64,000 nucleotides of DNA from Paraspadella gotoi (lineage: Eukaryota; Animalia; Chaetognatha): assembly GCA_051294375.1 (NCBI GenBank), contig CM119266.1, forward strand, positions 14,968,999 to 15,032,998, in the 5' to 3' direction. The translations under genes and the position numbers were made by a program. Below are positions 28,226 through 41,792 of the stretch, in pieces. Numbering within the stretch: the stretch's first letter is position 1; each line of letters begins with the position of its first letter. The notes beneath the pieces are model-generated. The model was not told the DNA's origin and made no database searches. It saw only the letters and a program-made list of their open reading frames with translations.

Positions 28226-31137
28226 TCTCGCTCTCTCTCTCCTCTCTCGTCATCTCTCATCTCTCTCTCTCATCTTTTCCCCCCCTGCGGAACAAACGAC
28301 GTCCGCGGAGAGATTTAATCGACGATTTAAGATCCAACGTAATTTCATTAACTTTCCCCCCCCGTAATTAAGAACTCGTCTGCTTCCCCCAGACGGTATT
28401 GCCCGGCTTCCCGCCCATTTTCGGGCCCACCTTTCTCCCCCCTTTCCTTCCTGCCTCATCTAACCTCACCTTTTCCGCTCGCTCACCCTCCATCGCCACC
28501 TATCGTACTTCTCGCGAGAGAAATTAAAAATCTCGACGGCCCAACTTTAATGCTTTAGATAAAGACGAAATTTAAGGGGAGAGAGAGAAAATAAAAAAGA
28601 GAAGATATTTGCGCGGATAAATTAATGAAAAAAAAAAGGTTTTAAAAAAATTTATAAAAAAAAAGCTCTCTGCGGCTAAATTTTTCAAAACATTATATCT
28701 CGAGATTAAAATGGATATTTTTTATCTTTTTTTGTTAGTTTTTAATTCGGACCGGGAAGAGAAAGTTCTCTGCATTACAAAGTTTGCTAATTTTTGGGTC
28801 GTTGGAGAGGATTCAAAATGAATAGCGATGAGACCGAACTGTAAAAAAGATGAATAATATTTTAGTTTGCAGAAAAAATTAATAACGGGACGATGATGTT
28901 TTGAAAAGAAGAATAAACTCGGTAAAAACTAAACTGACCACCCTAAAAACATAAAAAAAGAGAAAAGGTATTTTTCCATGATCGTCGCTTAATTAATTAA
29001 TGGATTTATTTTTGGAGCGTCTGTTATTTGAATTTTATATTACTTCTGGTCTGGAGCAACTCTGCGTCAGCAGGCCCGCCTCTTTTTGCCCGGCCAATTT
29101 AATTTGTCTTAATTACCTGATGGTGCAAATTTGCGGCTTATTGCGTCCCCTTCTTCCTGCCACCCCGCATTTTTATTTATTTTTTTTTATATCTTTTTTT
29201 TTTTTTCTATTTTTCTTTTCTCTTTTTATTTTTGCGTCCATGAACTTGTTGTCGAAAATTGACTTACCTTCTCTTCGACAGTTTTGCGCCCAATAAAACT
29301 AGTCGCACCATTTGGTTAAGACATATACTACAATCTAAGCTCAACATCATTATGGGGAGGTCTGCTTCCATTACCTGATCTTTACCCTGAGTGGTTGGAT
29401 CGTTTCCTTTTCGCTCTCTCTCTCGTGGTGCTCTCTCTCTCATCCTCATCATTTCGCGTTCGCGGTATTTTGCTACCTACCATCAATTCTAAATTCTTTA
29501 GACGCCTTAAGTAAATTTTTAAAAAAAAGGTAAAAAAAAGAATTGTTTGCTTTTATGTTTTGTCTCTTTTTAAATTTTTCGTTTGATAATTTTTTAGACA
29601 ATAAATGTCAGCTGACATCCTCTTCAAGAATTTTTCCTCCTCTGTACGTTTTTAGGTTTGCGAATATTTTATTCCAATTGATAAAATAAAAATAGCCATT
29701 ATTCTTCTTTCGAATTCTTCGAGTCTCCTTAAACAGAATCTAAAATCACTCTTTCTTGATTCTTTTTTGTCTAAAATTTATTCATTCCTGTGTAGAAAAA
29801 GCTGTGCCTTTCTATTTTTATTCCTACCTTCTCTTCCCTTGCTTCTATTTCTGCTTCTTTCTTCATCTCCTTCCTCCTCCTCCTACTTCTCCTGCCTATT
29901 TTATTTGTTCTCTATTTCTTCATCTCCTGCTCACCTCTTCCTATTACTGGTCCTTCTTCTCCCTTCTGTTTTCATTTCGGTTCTATCTTCCTCTTCTTTT
30001 CTCATTCTTCTTCCTTCTTCTTCTTATTCACGTATCTCTGTTTCCGGGAGCTAGGTTTTTCTTAATTTCATTTGCATTTTTCGGATTTGAGATTTCATTT
30101 CGGGCGAATTCATGGTTTTTTCTCTTTTCCGCATTTCATTAGTTTTCCCTTCGAGTCGCATACATTTTTCTTCGCCAGAAATTTGTATGAATTAAAATGT
30201 ACTCGTTTCCGAAACAGTCAAAAGTAATTTAAAAATTAAAAATGGGTGTTTGTTTTTTCTTTCTTTTCCCTTTTTTCTTCTTTAGCTTGGATGCCGGAGC
30301 ATTAATACTTTCGGGCCTTAATGAGGTTTGATCCGGCCAAGGAAGAAAATCGAGAAGCGAGAGGGGAATACGAATCGGAGTCCCTTCGACCGGTTAAGGG
30401 AGAGAGAGGGGGATACGATGAAAAAAATTTTAAAAAATAGGGGGGGGGCAGGGTTCGTGACCCTTTTATTAATTAATTAAAACGGAGAGAAAAGTTAAGA
30501 GAATAAAGCCGAGTTTAATCTATAACCAAAGATATGATTGTGATTTATTGAATGTGATGAACAGGTGAATGAATGACCGACCCAGCGTGATAACTTTTTG
30601 CTATTGTAAACTTGCAGTGTGTTAACTTTTTTTAATCTAGAAATGCGAGTTGATTGACTAAGTTCACGATGATGGTTCCTCGCCGAAAAATTCAATTATG
30701 AAAGATGTTTAAAGCCTCATTTTCTCTCCCTTCCCCCTCTCTTCTTCTTCTTTTTTTTTTCATTCTTTCTGCCTCTCATCGGATCAAAATAAATACGCGA
30801 ACCAAAAACTTTTAATTCGTCTTCGCGAATTAAAACCGAACCAAAATAAAAAAAAAATTCTGATCTGACGAATTTGAAAAAAAAAAAAAAAAATTCTACT
30901 CGACGAAATCACCGACGCAACCATCGACTTCAATTCGCAGGTAAATAATTACTTTCCCTACTATTCGTTGGCCAAATCATATTCTTGTAATCTCACATTT
31001 ATGTATTTTTTTTTTATTCGTATCGGGTAATTCTATCTAAATTGCCGACCTCGTGTTTAGCGCTTTAAATACCCCCCACTCAGCGGTCTCTACCCCGCCG
31101 CAGAATATTATGATAACCGGATCGAATTTAAGCGCCA

Positions 31138-31175
<38 letters not shown>

Positions 31176-33131
31176 GCTCTCGAATCTCTCTCTCTCACTC
31201 TCTCGTCTCTCTCTCTCTCTCTCTCTCTTTTCCCCCCCCTCGGAACAAACGACGTCACGCGGAGAGAATTAATCGACGATTAAGACTCAACGTAATTTCA
31301 TTAACTTTCCCCCCCCGTAATTAGAACCTCGTCTCTTCCCCCAGACGGTATTGCCCGGCTTCCCGCCCATTTTCGGGCCGCCCTTTCTCTCCCCCCCTTT
31401 CCTTCTGCCTCATCTAACCCTCACCTTTTCCGCTCCTCACCCTCCATCGCCACCTATCGTCTTCTCGCGAGAGAAATTAAAATCTCGACGCCAAACTTTA
31501 ATCTTTAGATTAAAGACGAAATTTAAGGGGAGAGAGAGAAAATAAAAAAGAAGAATATTTGCCGGATAAATTAAGAAAAAAAAAAGGTTTAAAAAATTTT
31601 ATAAAAAAAAAAGCTCTCTCGCTAAATTTTTCAAAACATTATATCTCGAGATTAAAATTGGATATTTTTTATCTTTTTTTTTTAGTTTTTAATTCGACCG
31701 GGAAGAGAAAGTTTCTCATTAACAAAGGTATTTGGGGTCGTTGGAGAAGGGATTCAAAATGAATACCGATAGACCGAACTGTAAAAAGATAAAATATTTT
31801 AGTTTCAGAAAAAATAAAAAGGGCGATGATGTTTGAAAGAAGATAAAACTCGAGTAAAAACTAAACTGACCACCTAAAAAACATAAAAAAAGAGAAAAAG
31901 GATTTTTCTCATGACGTCGCTTAATTAATTAATGATTATTTTGGAGCGTCTGTTATTGATTTTATATTACTTTGCTCTGGGAAGCATCTGCCGTCAGCGG
32001 CCGCCTCTTTTTGCCGCCAATTTAATTTGTCTTAATTACCTGATGGTGCAAAAATTTGCCTTCTTATTCGTCCCCTTCTTCCTCCACCCCATTTTTATTT
32101 ATTTTTTTTTATCTTTTTTTTTTTTTTTCTTATTTTTCTTTTTCTTTTTTATTTTTGCGTCCAGAATGTTGTCGGAAAATTGACTACCTTCTCTCACATT
32201 TTGCGCCCCAATAAAACTAGTCACCATATTGGTTAAGACTATACTACAATCCTAGCTCACTCATTATGGGGAGGGTCTGCCTTCCATTACCTGATCTTTA
32301 TCCCTGAGTGGGGGATCGTTTCCTTTCGCTCTCTCTCTCTCTCTCTCTCTCTCATCCTCATCTTTCGCGTTCGGTTATTTTCTACCTACCATCATTCTAA
32401 ATTCTTTCAGACTCCTTAAGTAAATTTTAAAAAAAGGTAAAAAAAAGAATTGTTTTCTTTTATGTTTTGTCTCTTGTTTAAATTTTTCGTTGATAATTTT
32501 TTTAGACAATAAATGTTCAGTGACATCTCTTCAAGAATTTTCCTCCTCTGGTACGTTTTTAGGTTTGGAATATTTTATTCCAATTGATAAAATAAAATAG
32601 CCATTATTCTTCTTTTTCGAATTCTTCAGTCTCCTTAAACAGAATCTAAAATCATCTTTTCTTGATTCTTTTTTGTCTAAAATTTATTCATTCCTGTGTA
32701 GAAAAAGCTGTGCCTTTCTATTTTATTCCTCCTTCTCTTCCCTTGCTTCTATTTCTGCTTCTTCTTCATCTCCTTCCTCCTCCTCCTACTTCTCCTCCTC
32801 ATTTTATTTGTTCTCTATTTCTTCATCTCCTGCTCACTCTTTCTCTATTACTGTCCTTCTTCTCCTTCTGTTTTCATTTTCGTCTATCTTCCTCTTCTTT
32901 CATCTTCTTCCTTCTTCTTCTTATCAGTATCTCTGTTTCCGGGAGCTAGGTTTTCTTAATTTCATTTGCATTTTTCGGATTGAGATTTCATTCGGGCGAA
33001 TTTCATGGTTTTTCTCTTTTCCGCATTTCATTAGTTTTCCCTTCGAGTCGCATAATTTTCTTCGCCAGAATTTTGATGAATAAAATGTACTCGTTCGAAA
33101 CAGTCAAAAGTAATTTAAAAAATTAAAAAAT
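27248..33131 (+). repeat. ~3 kb direct tandem duplication (27248-30243 and 30244-33131)
   Basis: Both copies start gggtgtttgttttttct and end cagtcaaaagtaatttaaaaattaaaaat. The ORFs MILFCLKFIHSCVEKAVPFY (29756, 32662) are duplicated. Differences are mainly indels. 25-N gap ~140 bp upstream. Confidence 0.92.
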
Positions 33132-33485
33132 GTAAAAACTACATAGGAGCTCCTATTCAAAAATTACTCAGAAATTTAACAAAACTACTTCTTGAACCAT
33201 AGCTATTATCGTACAGCTTCAAACAGCATCACAGAACATCGCACAACATTTTCGCATCTCTCGTTTAAAAAAATTCGTATGTAATTAGACAAGAAAGAGG
33301 CTCCTTTGTTCGCTGCGGGTCTGCGCCATATTAGCATAACGATTTCCACTTTCGACTTTTCAAGTTAGGAAATTTTTTTTTTCGGGGGTGTTTTTGAAGC
33401 TTTTTTTTTCTTTCGAGTTAATTAGCGCGGCGTTGCTGCTTTAGCAGCTGTAGATCGCACAAAATGTGTTGCAGATGCAAAGAGA

Positions 33486-33541
<56 letters not shown>

Positions 33542-35559
33542 GAAGAGAGAGCCCGGAATCTCATTAAATGCGAGATTCAAATCCATTCCGAGGTTTTTCT
33601 CTTACCCTCTTTCTGGTCTAAAAAAGCGCGCTCCCGAAAATTCTCCTAATTTGCTGATATTTCTCATTTTCCTTCTCCTTTTTCTTTTGTTCTGCATAGA
33701 ATAGCGTCGCGTTTTGTTGTCACGCTAATGTACTACATTGAGAAGAAACTAATTCCTCTCGATAATTCCCTTTTCAGCGTTTGTTGTTATTTTTCGTGTC
33801 GAAGGAGGAGCCGGCCGCTCCGGTGGTCCTTTTGTTTGCGTCTCTCGAAATGAATAATTTCCTCGATTATGTATAAAAATTCTCGCGAACCTTTGTTTTG
33901 AATCCCTCTCTCGCTCTCTCGCTCTCTCTGTCATTCTTTCTCTCGGGATTTTATTTCTCGATCAAGTATTTTGTGTCAAAAGGCAGAGACCCAAGTCTCG
34001 CTCGTTTACGTACATTAATTCACATAAATTCACATGCTAAATATCTGTTACGATTGTTAAGTTTTTTGAGGAGTTTTCTTGTTACTTGCCCTTTGTCTGC
34101 AAACTTCCATACTTTACTCATTATCTACTCACTTACTTCATTTGAGGAAAAAAATTACTGCTTTGTAACGCCTCTTTTGTTTGCTTTTTTCTCTTTTAGT
34201 TCATTGCTAGTCTCATCACTTCTTTTCATCTCACCCTCTTTATATTTCCCTTTCTCTGTTCCTCTCCAACGCCTCTCCTCTCCCCCTTTTTTCCTTCATT
34301 CCATCCTCTCATTTCGAAATCAGGTTTTTTTTTTATCTTCCTCCTCATCCAAAATTCAAGCTCGACTCTTGATTCTTGAGTGAAACTGTGAAAGATTCAA
34401 TTCTGGTTTCCGTCACAGCATCGTCGTCGTCGTCGTCGTCGTCGCGACCAATTTTCGTTATGACGCCGTGAATATTTCACGAGGCCGTGATTCATTTTCG
34501 TCGCCGCGTATCGTAAGAACTTAACGCGTCGCCTTTTGAAGCTGAGGGCGTCGGGCGTAAAGCGATATCGCTCTATTGGAAGGTTTAAGCGCGATATATA
34601 TATATATATATATATACGTACGTACTAGTATCGCTTCAATAAAAACCTTCGTCAGCGAGTATATTTGTTTTTCTTCCTCTATTTCTTTTTTTTGTCAAGT
34701 TGTTAGACGATTAAAAAAAAGATGCTTCTCTTTCTCGATTCTTTCCCCTGAAGAATGAGCTGGGAATTTTTTCCATATTTTTAGGGATTGCCTCCCCCAG
34801 AACCCGTAGCCACGCCCCCGCCTAAAAAAAAAGGACGCCGCGATGCGGACCGGCGCTCTTTGATGATGGATTATCTCGTTTCGGCGCCGCTTCTGGGACA
34901 TCAACATCTTATCTTAATGACGCCCGTTGAGAAATTTCAGATGGCTGAGAGCTTTTTTTTTTGTTCGCTATTTCAGGTTTCTGCTTGTATTCCTGCTCTC
35001 CCTCTGCAGTCTTCCTGCTCGCTCTCTCTCTCGTGCTCTGCTCCTGCTGCTCTCTCTGGCGTTCTCTATCTCGTCTCTCTCTTTCTTTCTCTCTCACTTT
35101 TCTCCTTTCTCTTTCTCTTCCCTCCCTTTCCCCATCTCGCTGCTAATGGCACCTTCATTACCCTTCTGTCATGGCCACTGGTGGTCATTAGACGGCAGGC
35201 CCAGGAACAATACTCTCATTTGCATATCAAAGTAAGCGAATTCTTTCCCAACGGCAGCCACTTAGCTTTTATTTCGTCCCTTAAGTGTGATTTGGGCCTT
35301 TTCTTTTCCTACTGGTTCACTGTAATTTGTATATGGTTTACATATACTTAATTCAAGACATCTAAACTTTGTCACTTGTAGTTGAAGAAAAGAAAGGTTG
35401 CCGACTTTGATATGGGATTGAAAAAAAAGGATTTTAGTGTAGAAAAACGACAATTGACGGGTCTGTTTTTAACTTTAATTACTGTATATTTAAAAAAAAA
35501 ATTTAAATCTGCACCATCTTTCCTAACGCACAAGCGAAAGAACTCGCACATGGGTCCCC

Positions 35560-35562
35560 ACA

Positions 35563-35596
<34 letters not shown>
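35560..35596 (+). repeat. (GCAC)n tetranucleotide repeat
   Basis: acgcacgcacgcac... about 9 units. Confidence 0.85.
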
Positions 35597-35597
<1 letters not shown>

Positions 35598-35694
35598 TCA
35601 CTCCCTCGCCCGGCCTTTGGTTCATCGAACGGGACCTACAAAAATTTTTCGCGCCCCCTTTCCCGCCCGNNNNNNNNNNNNNNNNNNNNNNNNN

Positions 35695-37163
35695 TTTACT
35701 CCCCCTTCTTGAACGGCAGTCGCATCGTACTGGCGGTACGAAATACAACGACGCGCTCATACAAGCAGAACCTTTCTAATGGTCCGGGACGTAATCAGCG
35801 GAGATAGTTAGATTAGTGCCGCTCATCGCTGCTCGCTCTTGCTTCGAAATTGGTGCCGGCCCAATTCATCCGTGACCAGCCGTCCATAAAGACAAACGCA
35901 CCATGACGAACGACGACGACGACGACGACGGCCGATCGTAACTCAATCGTCGTGTTCGACACGTAAAAAACCAAAACGCGTCTTTTGTTTGCGTGGACCG
36001 GTCACTTCCCTGTTATTAAAAAATCTCTCTTTGCTTCTCCGCTCATTCCCCCGCGTTTCCTCGGTTCGTCCTTTCCTCTTTTCCCCTTGAAATCCGTCCC
36101 AAAATTTCTTTCTGTTATAAAATTCTTCGAAATTCCTCTCTCTCTCTCTCTCTCTCGTCTCTCTCTCCTCTCTCTCGTCTCTCTCTCTCATTCATAGAGA
36201 TTTTCGCTTCCTGCGTGTCGACGTATGACGTTCTCCATTCTCTATTCTAAATTTTTTTTTTTTCATTTTCTCCCTTATAACATCCCTTCTTTCTCCCACT
36301 TTCCCTTATTTTTGTATTTATTCTTTTCTTCTATCTTTCAATTTCCTCCTTTTTTTCGCTATTATTTATTAAGATTGCTTCATAAGAAAACGGGATAATT
36401 ACTCTTCCCATGATCGAAAGGAAGCGAGAATCTGAGACAATGAATAGATAAGGCAAGATACACCAGATACACGCAGAACGAAAAGAATAAAAGACGAAGG
36501 CGAAATGCAACTATCTGTCGGTGGTGTGTCGCTCTCTCTTTCTCCTTCTCTCCTTCCACTATTGTCATTAATTGTCAAATTGTCTTTTTTATTTCAGAAA
36601 AAAAAAAAAAAAAAAAAAATCCTTCCCTCCCAACTTGGCCCACTCCTTCTCTGCCACTCCCCGAAACGTTTTTTTTTGTTTCAAATTCGAGAAGTATCCA
36701 CTATGAATTCATCGCCAATTAATGTTCCTTTGGGGACCTATCAGGAATGAGAGAGACCAAAAAGAATTAAGAAATCGAGGATAGAGGGAATTTTTGTAGG
36801 AGGGAAAGAGAGGAGGGAGATAGAGACAGGAATAGAGAGAGATTACAAAATAAAGCAATTTAGAGCGTGTTTGTTTAAAAAATTACAAAAATAAATCAAA
36901 TAAAGTTTATAAAGAGAAAATTCAATGAGCTTTTTTTTTCGCACATATCGGCGGAACATCATTTTTTTCCATAAGTCGAACTTTCCGCCAAGAGTTCAAC
37001 GGAAATTCATATTGAAACAATTTTTTTTTTCATTTTTCGCCATCTTTCCAACTTGATGAAAGGAATTAATTTTTTGATTTCTTTCCTATAATTTAATATT
37101 CGGGAAATTTTTTTTTTCCTTCACAACCCTGGAAAGAATTCTCACTTTCTTTTTACCCTCCTT
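35695..37163 (+). repeat. Segment apparently identical to 40036-41504 (offset 4341)
   Basis: Both copies start tttactcccccttc immediately after a 25-N gap. ORF-track entries are identical at a constant offset of 4341 (35943/40284, 36505/40846). Confidence 0.95.
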
Positions 37164-37369
37164 TCTCTCTCTCTCCCCTCTCTCTCTCTCATCCTCTCTC
37201 TCTCTCCTTCTCTCAATCTCTCTCTGTCTCTGGTTTTACGTTGAGTCTTAAAACCAAAAAGCCTCGATATTGGTTTGACGTGGTTTCATTAACTTGAGGA
37301 TTAATGAAGGAAAAAAAATTTTGAAACACGACGCCTGCCACAAGGCGGAGTTTTTAATGAATCGATGTA

Positions 37370-37379
37370 GAGAGAGAGA

Positions 37380-37443
<64 letters not shown>

Positions 37444-39975
37444 CGAGAAGAATGAGGCCAGTTTGCCATTCCGGAATCCATTTAATGGCCAAGGATCTCG
37501 GATTCATTATTACATGCAAAAAATAAACTTCGTTTACAATAAATATCAATGATACAGTCGCTTTGCATATTTCAATAATTTTCAGGATCAAAGGAAATAC
37601 CTTTGAAAAAATAACAACAACACGCCGACGACACGATAACGGACAGATTCAAAAAACAAACATCCTTCCTCGTTTTACGTTTTTTTTTTCTTTTCTTCGC
37701 ATCCGAAGACAAAACCGTTGTTAATTATTACTAGAGCTGAAAAACTTATAAGTATTAATTTGCCTTTTTTAATCATTATCCTGCTTCGTTTGGAAAAATA
37801 GGATGTAGCTGCAAAAGATAATAAGGACGCAGGGAGAACGATTCCTCTCTCATCTCCTCTCTCTCTCTTTGGTTCGGTTTTTTTTAATTCTGTTTTTTGT
37901 TCGTTTTTACTTTTGTTCTTTTTTCGTTCTTCTGAGGGGCGAAACAACATAACAACGGAGGCGAGGAAGCGAACAACAACCCGAAGGCTTCGCGGAATGG
38001 AGACCAAAAAGACGAACAGGGTTGTTTTTATTCCGGTTTCTCATCACAACAAACTAATTTGACACGAATGAAATGAAAAAAAAAGATTGTTGCAGAAACG
38101 AATTTTTCAGATTAGAGGCGGCTTTGAGCGAACAGTTTATACTAAATATTGCGATGTAGGCCTTCACATAGCATAGTTAAGTATTACATTTTATGTCCCC
38201 AAGTAAATCTGTTTTCAATCATCGTGAACAAGTGCGCTGAAAAAAGCCAGGACGTCATTGATATTTCGTTAAAAAGTTAAATTATCAAAAAAAATTTAAG
38301 ATATAACAAAATATCCTTTTTTGACAAGATGTAATTCTGGCCCGTAACCAATCAGATCAACCGTTATTTCCATATCACGGCCCCTTTTCTTACTTCTTTA
38401 TCCTTTCAGACAAAGAGATGAGAGAAGAAGAGAGAGAGATGAGAGAGAGGAGAGGAGAGAGAGAGAGACGGAGAGAGAGAACGAGCAGAGGAGAGAGAGA
38501 CGTTTCCCCAGTCGGTCTCGCTCTCGCGTAGAGAAGCCAAGAGAAAAGAAAGGCTCCGTTTTCTTCTCGGCTTTAAACTCGAGTGCGCGGCCAATTCCGT
38601 AACGGTCGACACTACCTTTGCGTTAGTGAAGCCGTAAAATTTGTGTCGCGGGAGGCGTCACCGGAAAACGGGTCACGGTCGAGCGTAGGCGAGACGATGG
38701 CGAGGCAGACACTGTGGGGCGGGGAGAACGGAGGGGGGGGGGTAGAGGAGGCGATAAAAGCGGGCCCCGCGACACAAATTTTACGGCTTCACTAACGCAA
38801 AGAGTAGTGTCGACGCGTTACGAGATTGCGCGCACTCGAGTAAAGCCGAGAAGAAAACGGAGCCTTTCTTTTTCCTTGGCTTCTCTACGCGAGAGCGAGN
38901 NNNNNNNNNNNNNNNNNNNNNNNNNNNNNNNNNNNNNNNNNNNNNNNNNNNNNNNNNNNNNNNNNNNNNNNNNNNNNNNNNNNNNNNNNNNNNNNNNNNN
39001 NNNNNNNNNNNNNNNNNNNNNNNNNNNNNNNNNNNNNNNNNNNNNNNNNNNNNNNNNNNNNNNNNNNNNNNNNNNNNNNNNNNNNNNNNNNNNNNGTGAT
39101 ATGGAAATAACGGTGATCTTGATTGCGTACGGGCCAGAAATTACATCTTGTCAAAAAGGATATTTTTTTATCTTAAATTTTTTGATATTTACTTTTTAAC
39201 GAAATATCAATGACGTCCTGGCTTTTTTCAGCGCACTTGTTCACGATGAAAACAGATTTACTTGGGACAAAAAATGTAATACTATACTATGCTAAGTGAA
39301 CCTACATCGCAATATTATAGTATAAAACTGTTCGCCCAACCGCCTCTAATCTGAAAATTCGTTTCTGCCAACAATTTTTTTTTCATTTTCATTCGTTCAA
39401 ATTAGTTTTGTTTTGATGAGAACCGGAATAAAAACAGTTCGTCTTTTGGTCTCCATCCGCGAAGCCTTCGGGTTGTTTTTCGCTTCCTCGCCTCGTTGTT
39501 CATTTGTTTCGCCCTCAGAAGAACGAAAAAGAACAAAAGTAAAAACGAAACAAAAACAGAATTAAAAAAAACCGAACAAAGAGAGAGAGAGAGAGAGAGA
39601 GAGGAATCGTTTCTCCCGCGTCCTTATTATCTTTTTCAGCTCATCCTATTTTCCAAACGAAGCAGATAATGGCAAAATTAATACTTATAAGTTTTTCGCT
39701 CAGTAATAATTAAAACGGTTTTGTCTTCGGATGGAAGAAAAAGAAAAAAAAAACGATAAACGAGGAAGGATGTTTGTTTTGAATCTCGTCGTTATCGTCG
39801 TCGTCGTTGTTGTTGTTATTTTTTCAAGTATTTCCTTTGATCCGAAAATTATAAATATGCAAAGCGACTGTAATCATGAATATTTATTTGTAAACGAAGT
39901 TTTACTTTTTGCATGAATAATGAATCCGAGATCCTTGCCATTAAATGGATTTCCGGAATGGCAACTGGCCTTCAT

Positions 39976-40010
<35 letters not shown>
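37370..40010. repeat. Large inverted duplication (fold-back) centred at ~38653-38765
   Basis: 38518-38652 mirrors 38766-38899; 39096 gtgatatggaaataacgg mirrors 38361-38378; symmetry continues to the TC tract at 40010. Confidence 0.9.
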
Positions 40011-40035
40011 NNNNNNNNNNNNNNNNNNNNNNNNN

Positions 40036-41744
40036 TTTACTCCCCCTTCTTGAACGGCAGTCGCATCGTACTGGCGGTACGAAATACAACGACGCGCTCA
40101 TACAAGCAGAACCTTTCTAATGGTCCGGGACGTAATCAGCGGAGATAGTTAGATTAGTGCCGCTCATCGCTGCTCGCTCTTGCTTCGAAATTGGTGCCGG
40201 CCCAATTCATCCGTGACCAGCCGTCCATAAAGACAAACGCACCATGACGAACGACGACGACGACGACGACGGCCGATCGTAACTCAATCGTCGTGTTCGA
40301 CACGTAAAAAACCAAAACGCGTCTTTTGTTTGCGTGGACCGGTCACTTCCCTGTTATTAAAAAATCTCTCTTTGCTTCTCCGCTCATTCCCCCGCGTTTC
40401 CTCGGTTCGTCCTTTCCTCTTTTCCCCTTGAAATCCGTCCCAAAATTTCTTTCTGTTATAAAATTCTTCGAAATTCCTCTCTCTCTCTCTCTCTCTCGTC
40501 TCTCTCTCCTCTCTCTCGTCTCTCTCTCTCATTCATAGAGATTTTCGCTTCCTGCGTGTCGACGTATGACGTTCTCCATTCTCTATTCTAAATTTTTTTT
40601 TTTTCATTTTCTCCCTTATAACATCCCTTCTTTCTCCCACTTTCCCTTATTTTTGTATTTATTCTTTTCTTCTATCTTTCAATTTCCTCCTTTTTTTCGC
40701 TATTATTTATTAAGATTGCTTCATAAGAAAACGGGATAATTACTCTTCCCATGATCGAAAGGAAGCGAGAATCTGAGACAATGAATAGATAAGGCAAGAT
40801 ACACCAGATACACGCAGAACGAAAAGAATAAAAGACGAAGGCGAAATGCAACTATCTGTCGGTGGTGTGTCGCTCTCTCTTTCTCCTTCTCTCCTTCCAC
40901 TATTGTCATTAATTGTCAAATTGTCTTTTTTATTTCAGAAAAAAAAAAAAAAAAAAAAAATCCTTCCCTCCCAACTTGGCCCACTCCTTCTCTGCCACTC
41001 CCCGAAACGTTTTTTTTTGTTTCAAATTCGAGAAGTATCCACTATGAATTCATCGCCAATTAATGTTCCTTTGGGGACCTATCAGGAATGAGAGAGACCA
41101 AAAAGAATTAAGAAATCGAGGATAGAGGGAATTTTTGTAGGAGGGAAAGAGAGGAGGGAGATAGAGACAGGAATAGAGAGAGATTACAAAATAAAGCAAT
41201 TTAGAGCGTGTTTGTTTAAAAAATTACAAAAATAAATCAAATAAAGTTTATAAAGAGAAAATTCAATGAGCTTTTTTTTTCGCACATATCGGCGGAACAT
41301 CATTTTTTTCCATAAGTCGAACTTTCCGCCAAGAGTTCAACGGAAATTCATATTGAAACAATTTTTTTTTTCATTTTTCGCCATCTTTCCAACTTGATGA
41401 AAGGAATTAATTTTTTGATTTCTTTCCTATAATTTAATATTCGGGAAATTTTTTTTTTCCTTCACAACCCTGGAAAGAATTCTCACTTTCTTTTTACCCT
41501 CCTTCTCTTCTCTCCCCTCTCTCTCATCTCATCCTCTCTTGTCTTCTCTCTTCCTCTCATCTCTCTCTCTCTCTCTGGTTTTACGTTGAGTCTTATAAAA
41601 CCAAAGCCTCGATGATTGTTTGACGCTGTTTCATTAACTTGAGGATAATGAAGGAAAAAAATTTGGGAAACACGAACGTCTTCCGACAAGGCGGAGTTTT
41701 AATGAAATCGATGTGAGAGAAGAGAGAGGAGAAGAGAGAGAGAA

Positions 41745-41792
<48 letters not shown>

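Noticed and set aside
29105-29380. Minus-strand donor-like motifs (AAG|GTAAGT at ~29267, CAG|GTAAT)
   Set aside because: No coherent exon; the best donor is altered in the duplicate copy; such motifs are expected by chance
29756-30142. Hydrophobic ORF suggesting a membrane protein, duplicated at 32662
   Set aside because: Product of a pyrimidine-rich low-complexity tract; the frame is not preserved between the two copies
35143-35191. miR-263/miR-183/miR-228-like seed AATGGCAC in a hairpin
   Set aside because: Only the first 8 nt match; the rest does not resemble those miRNAs and the stem is short
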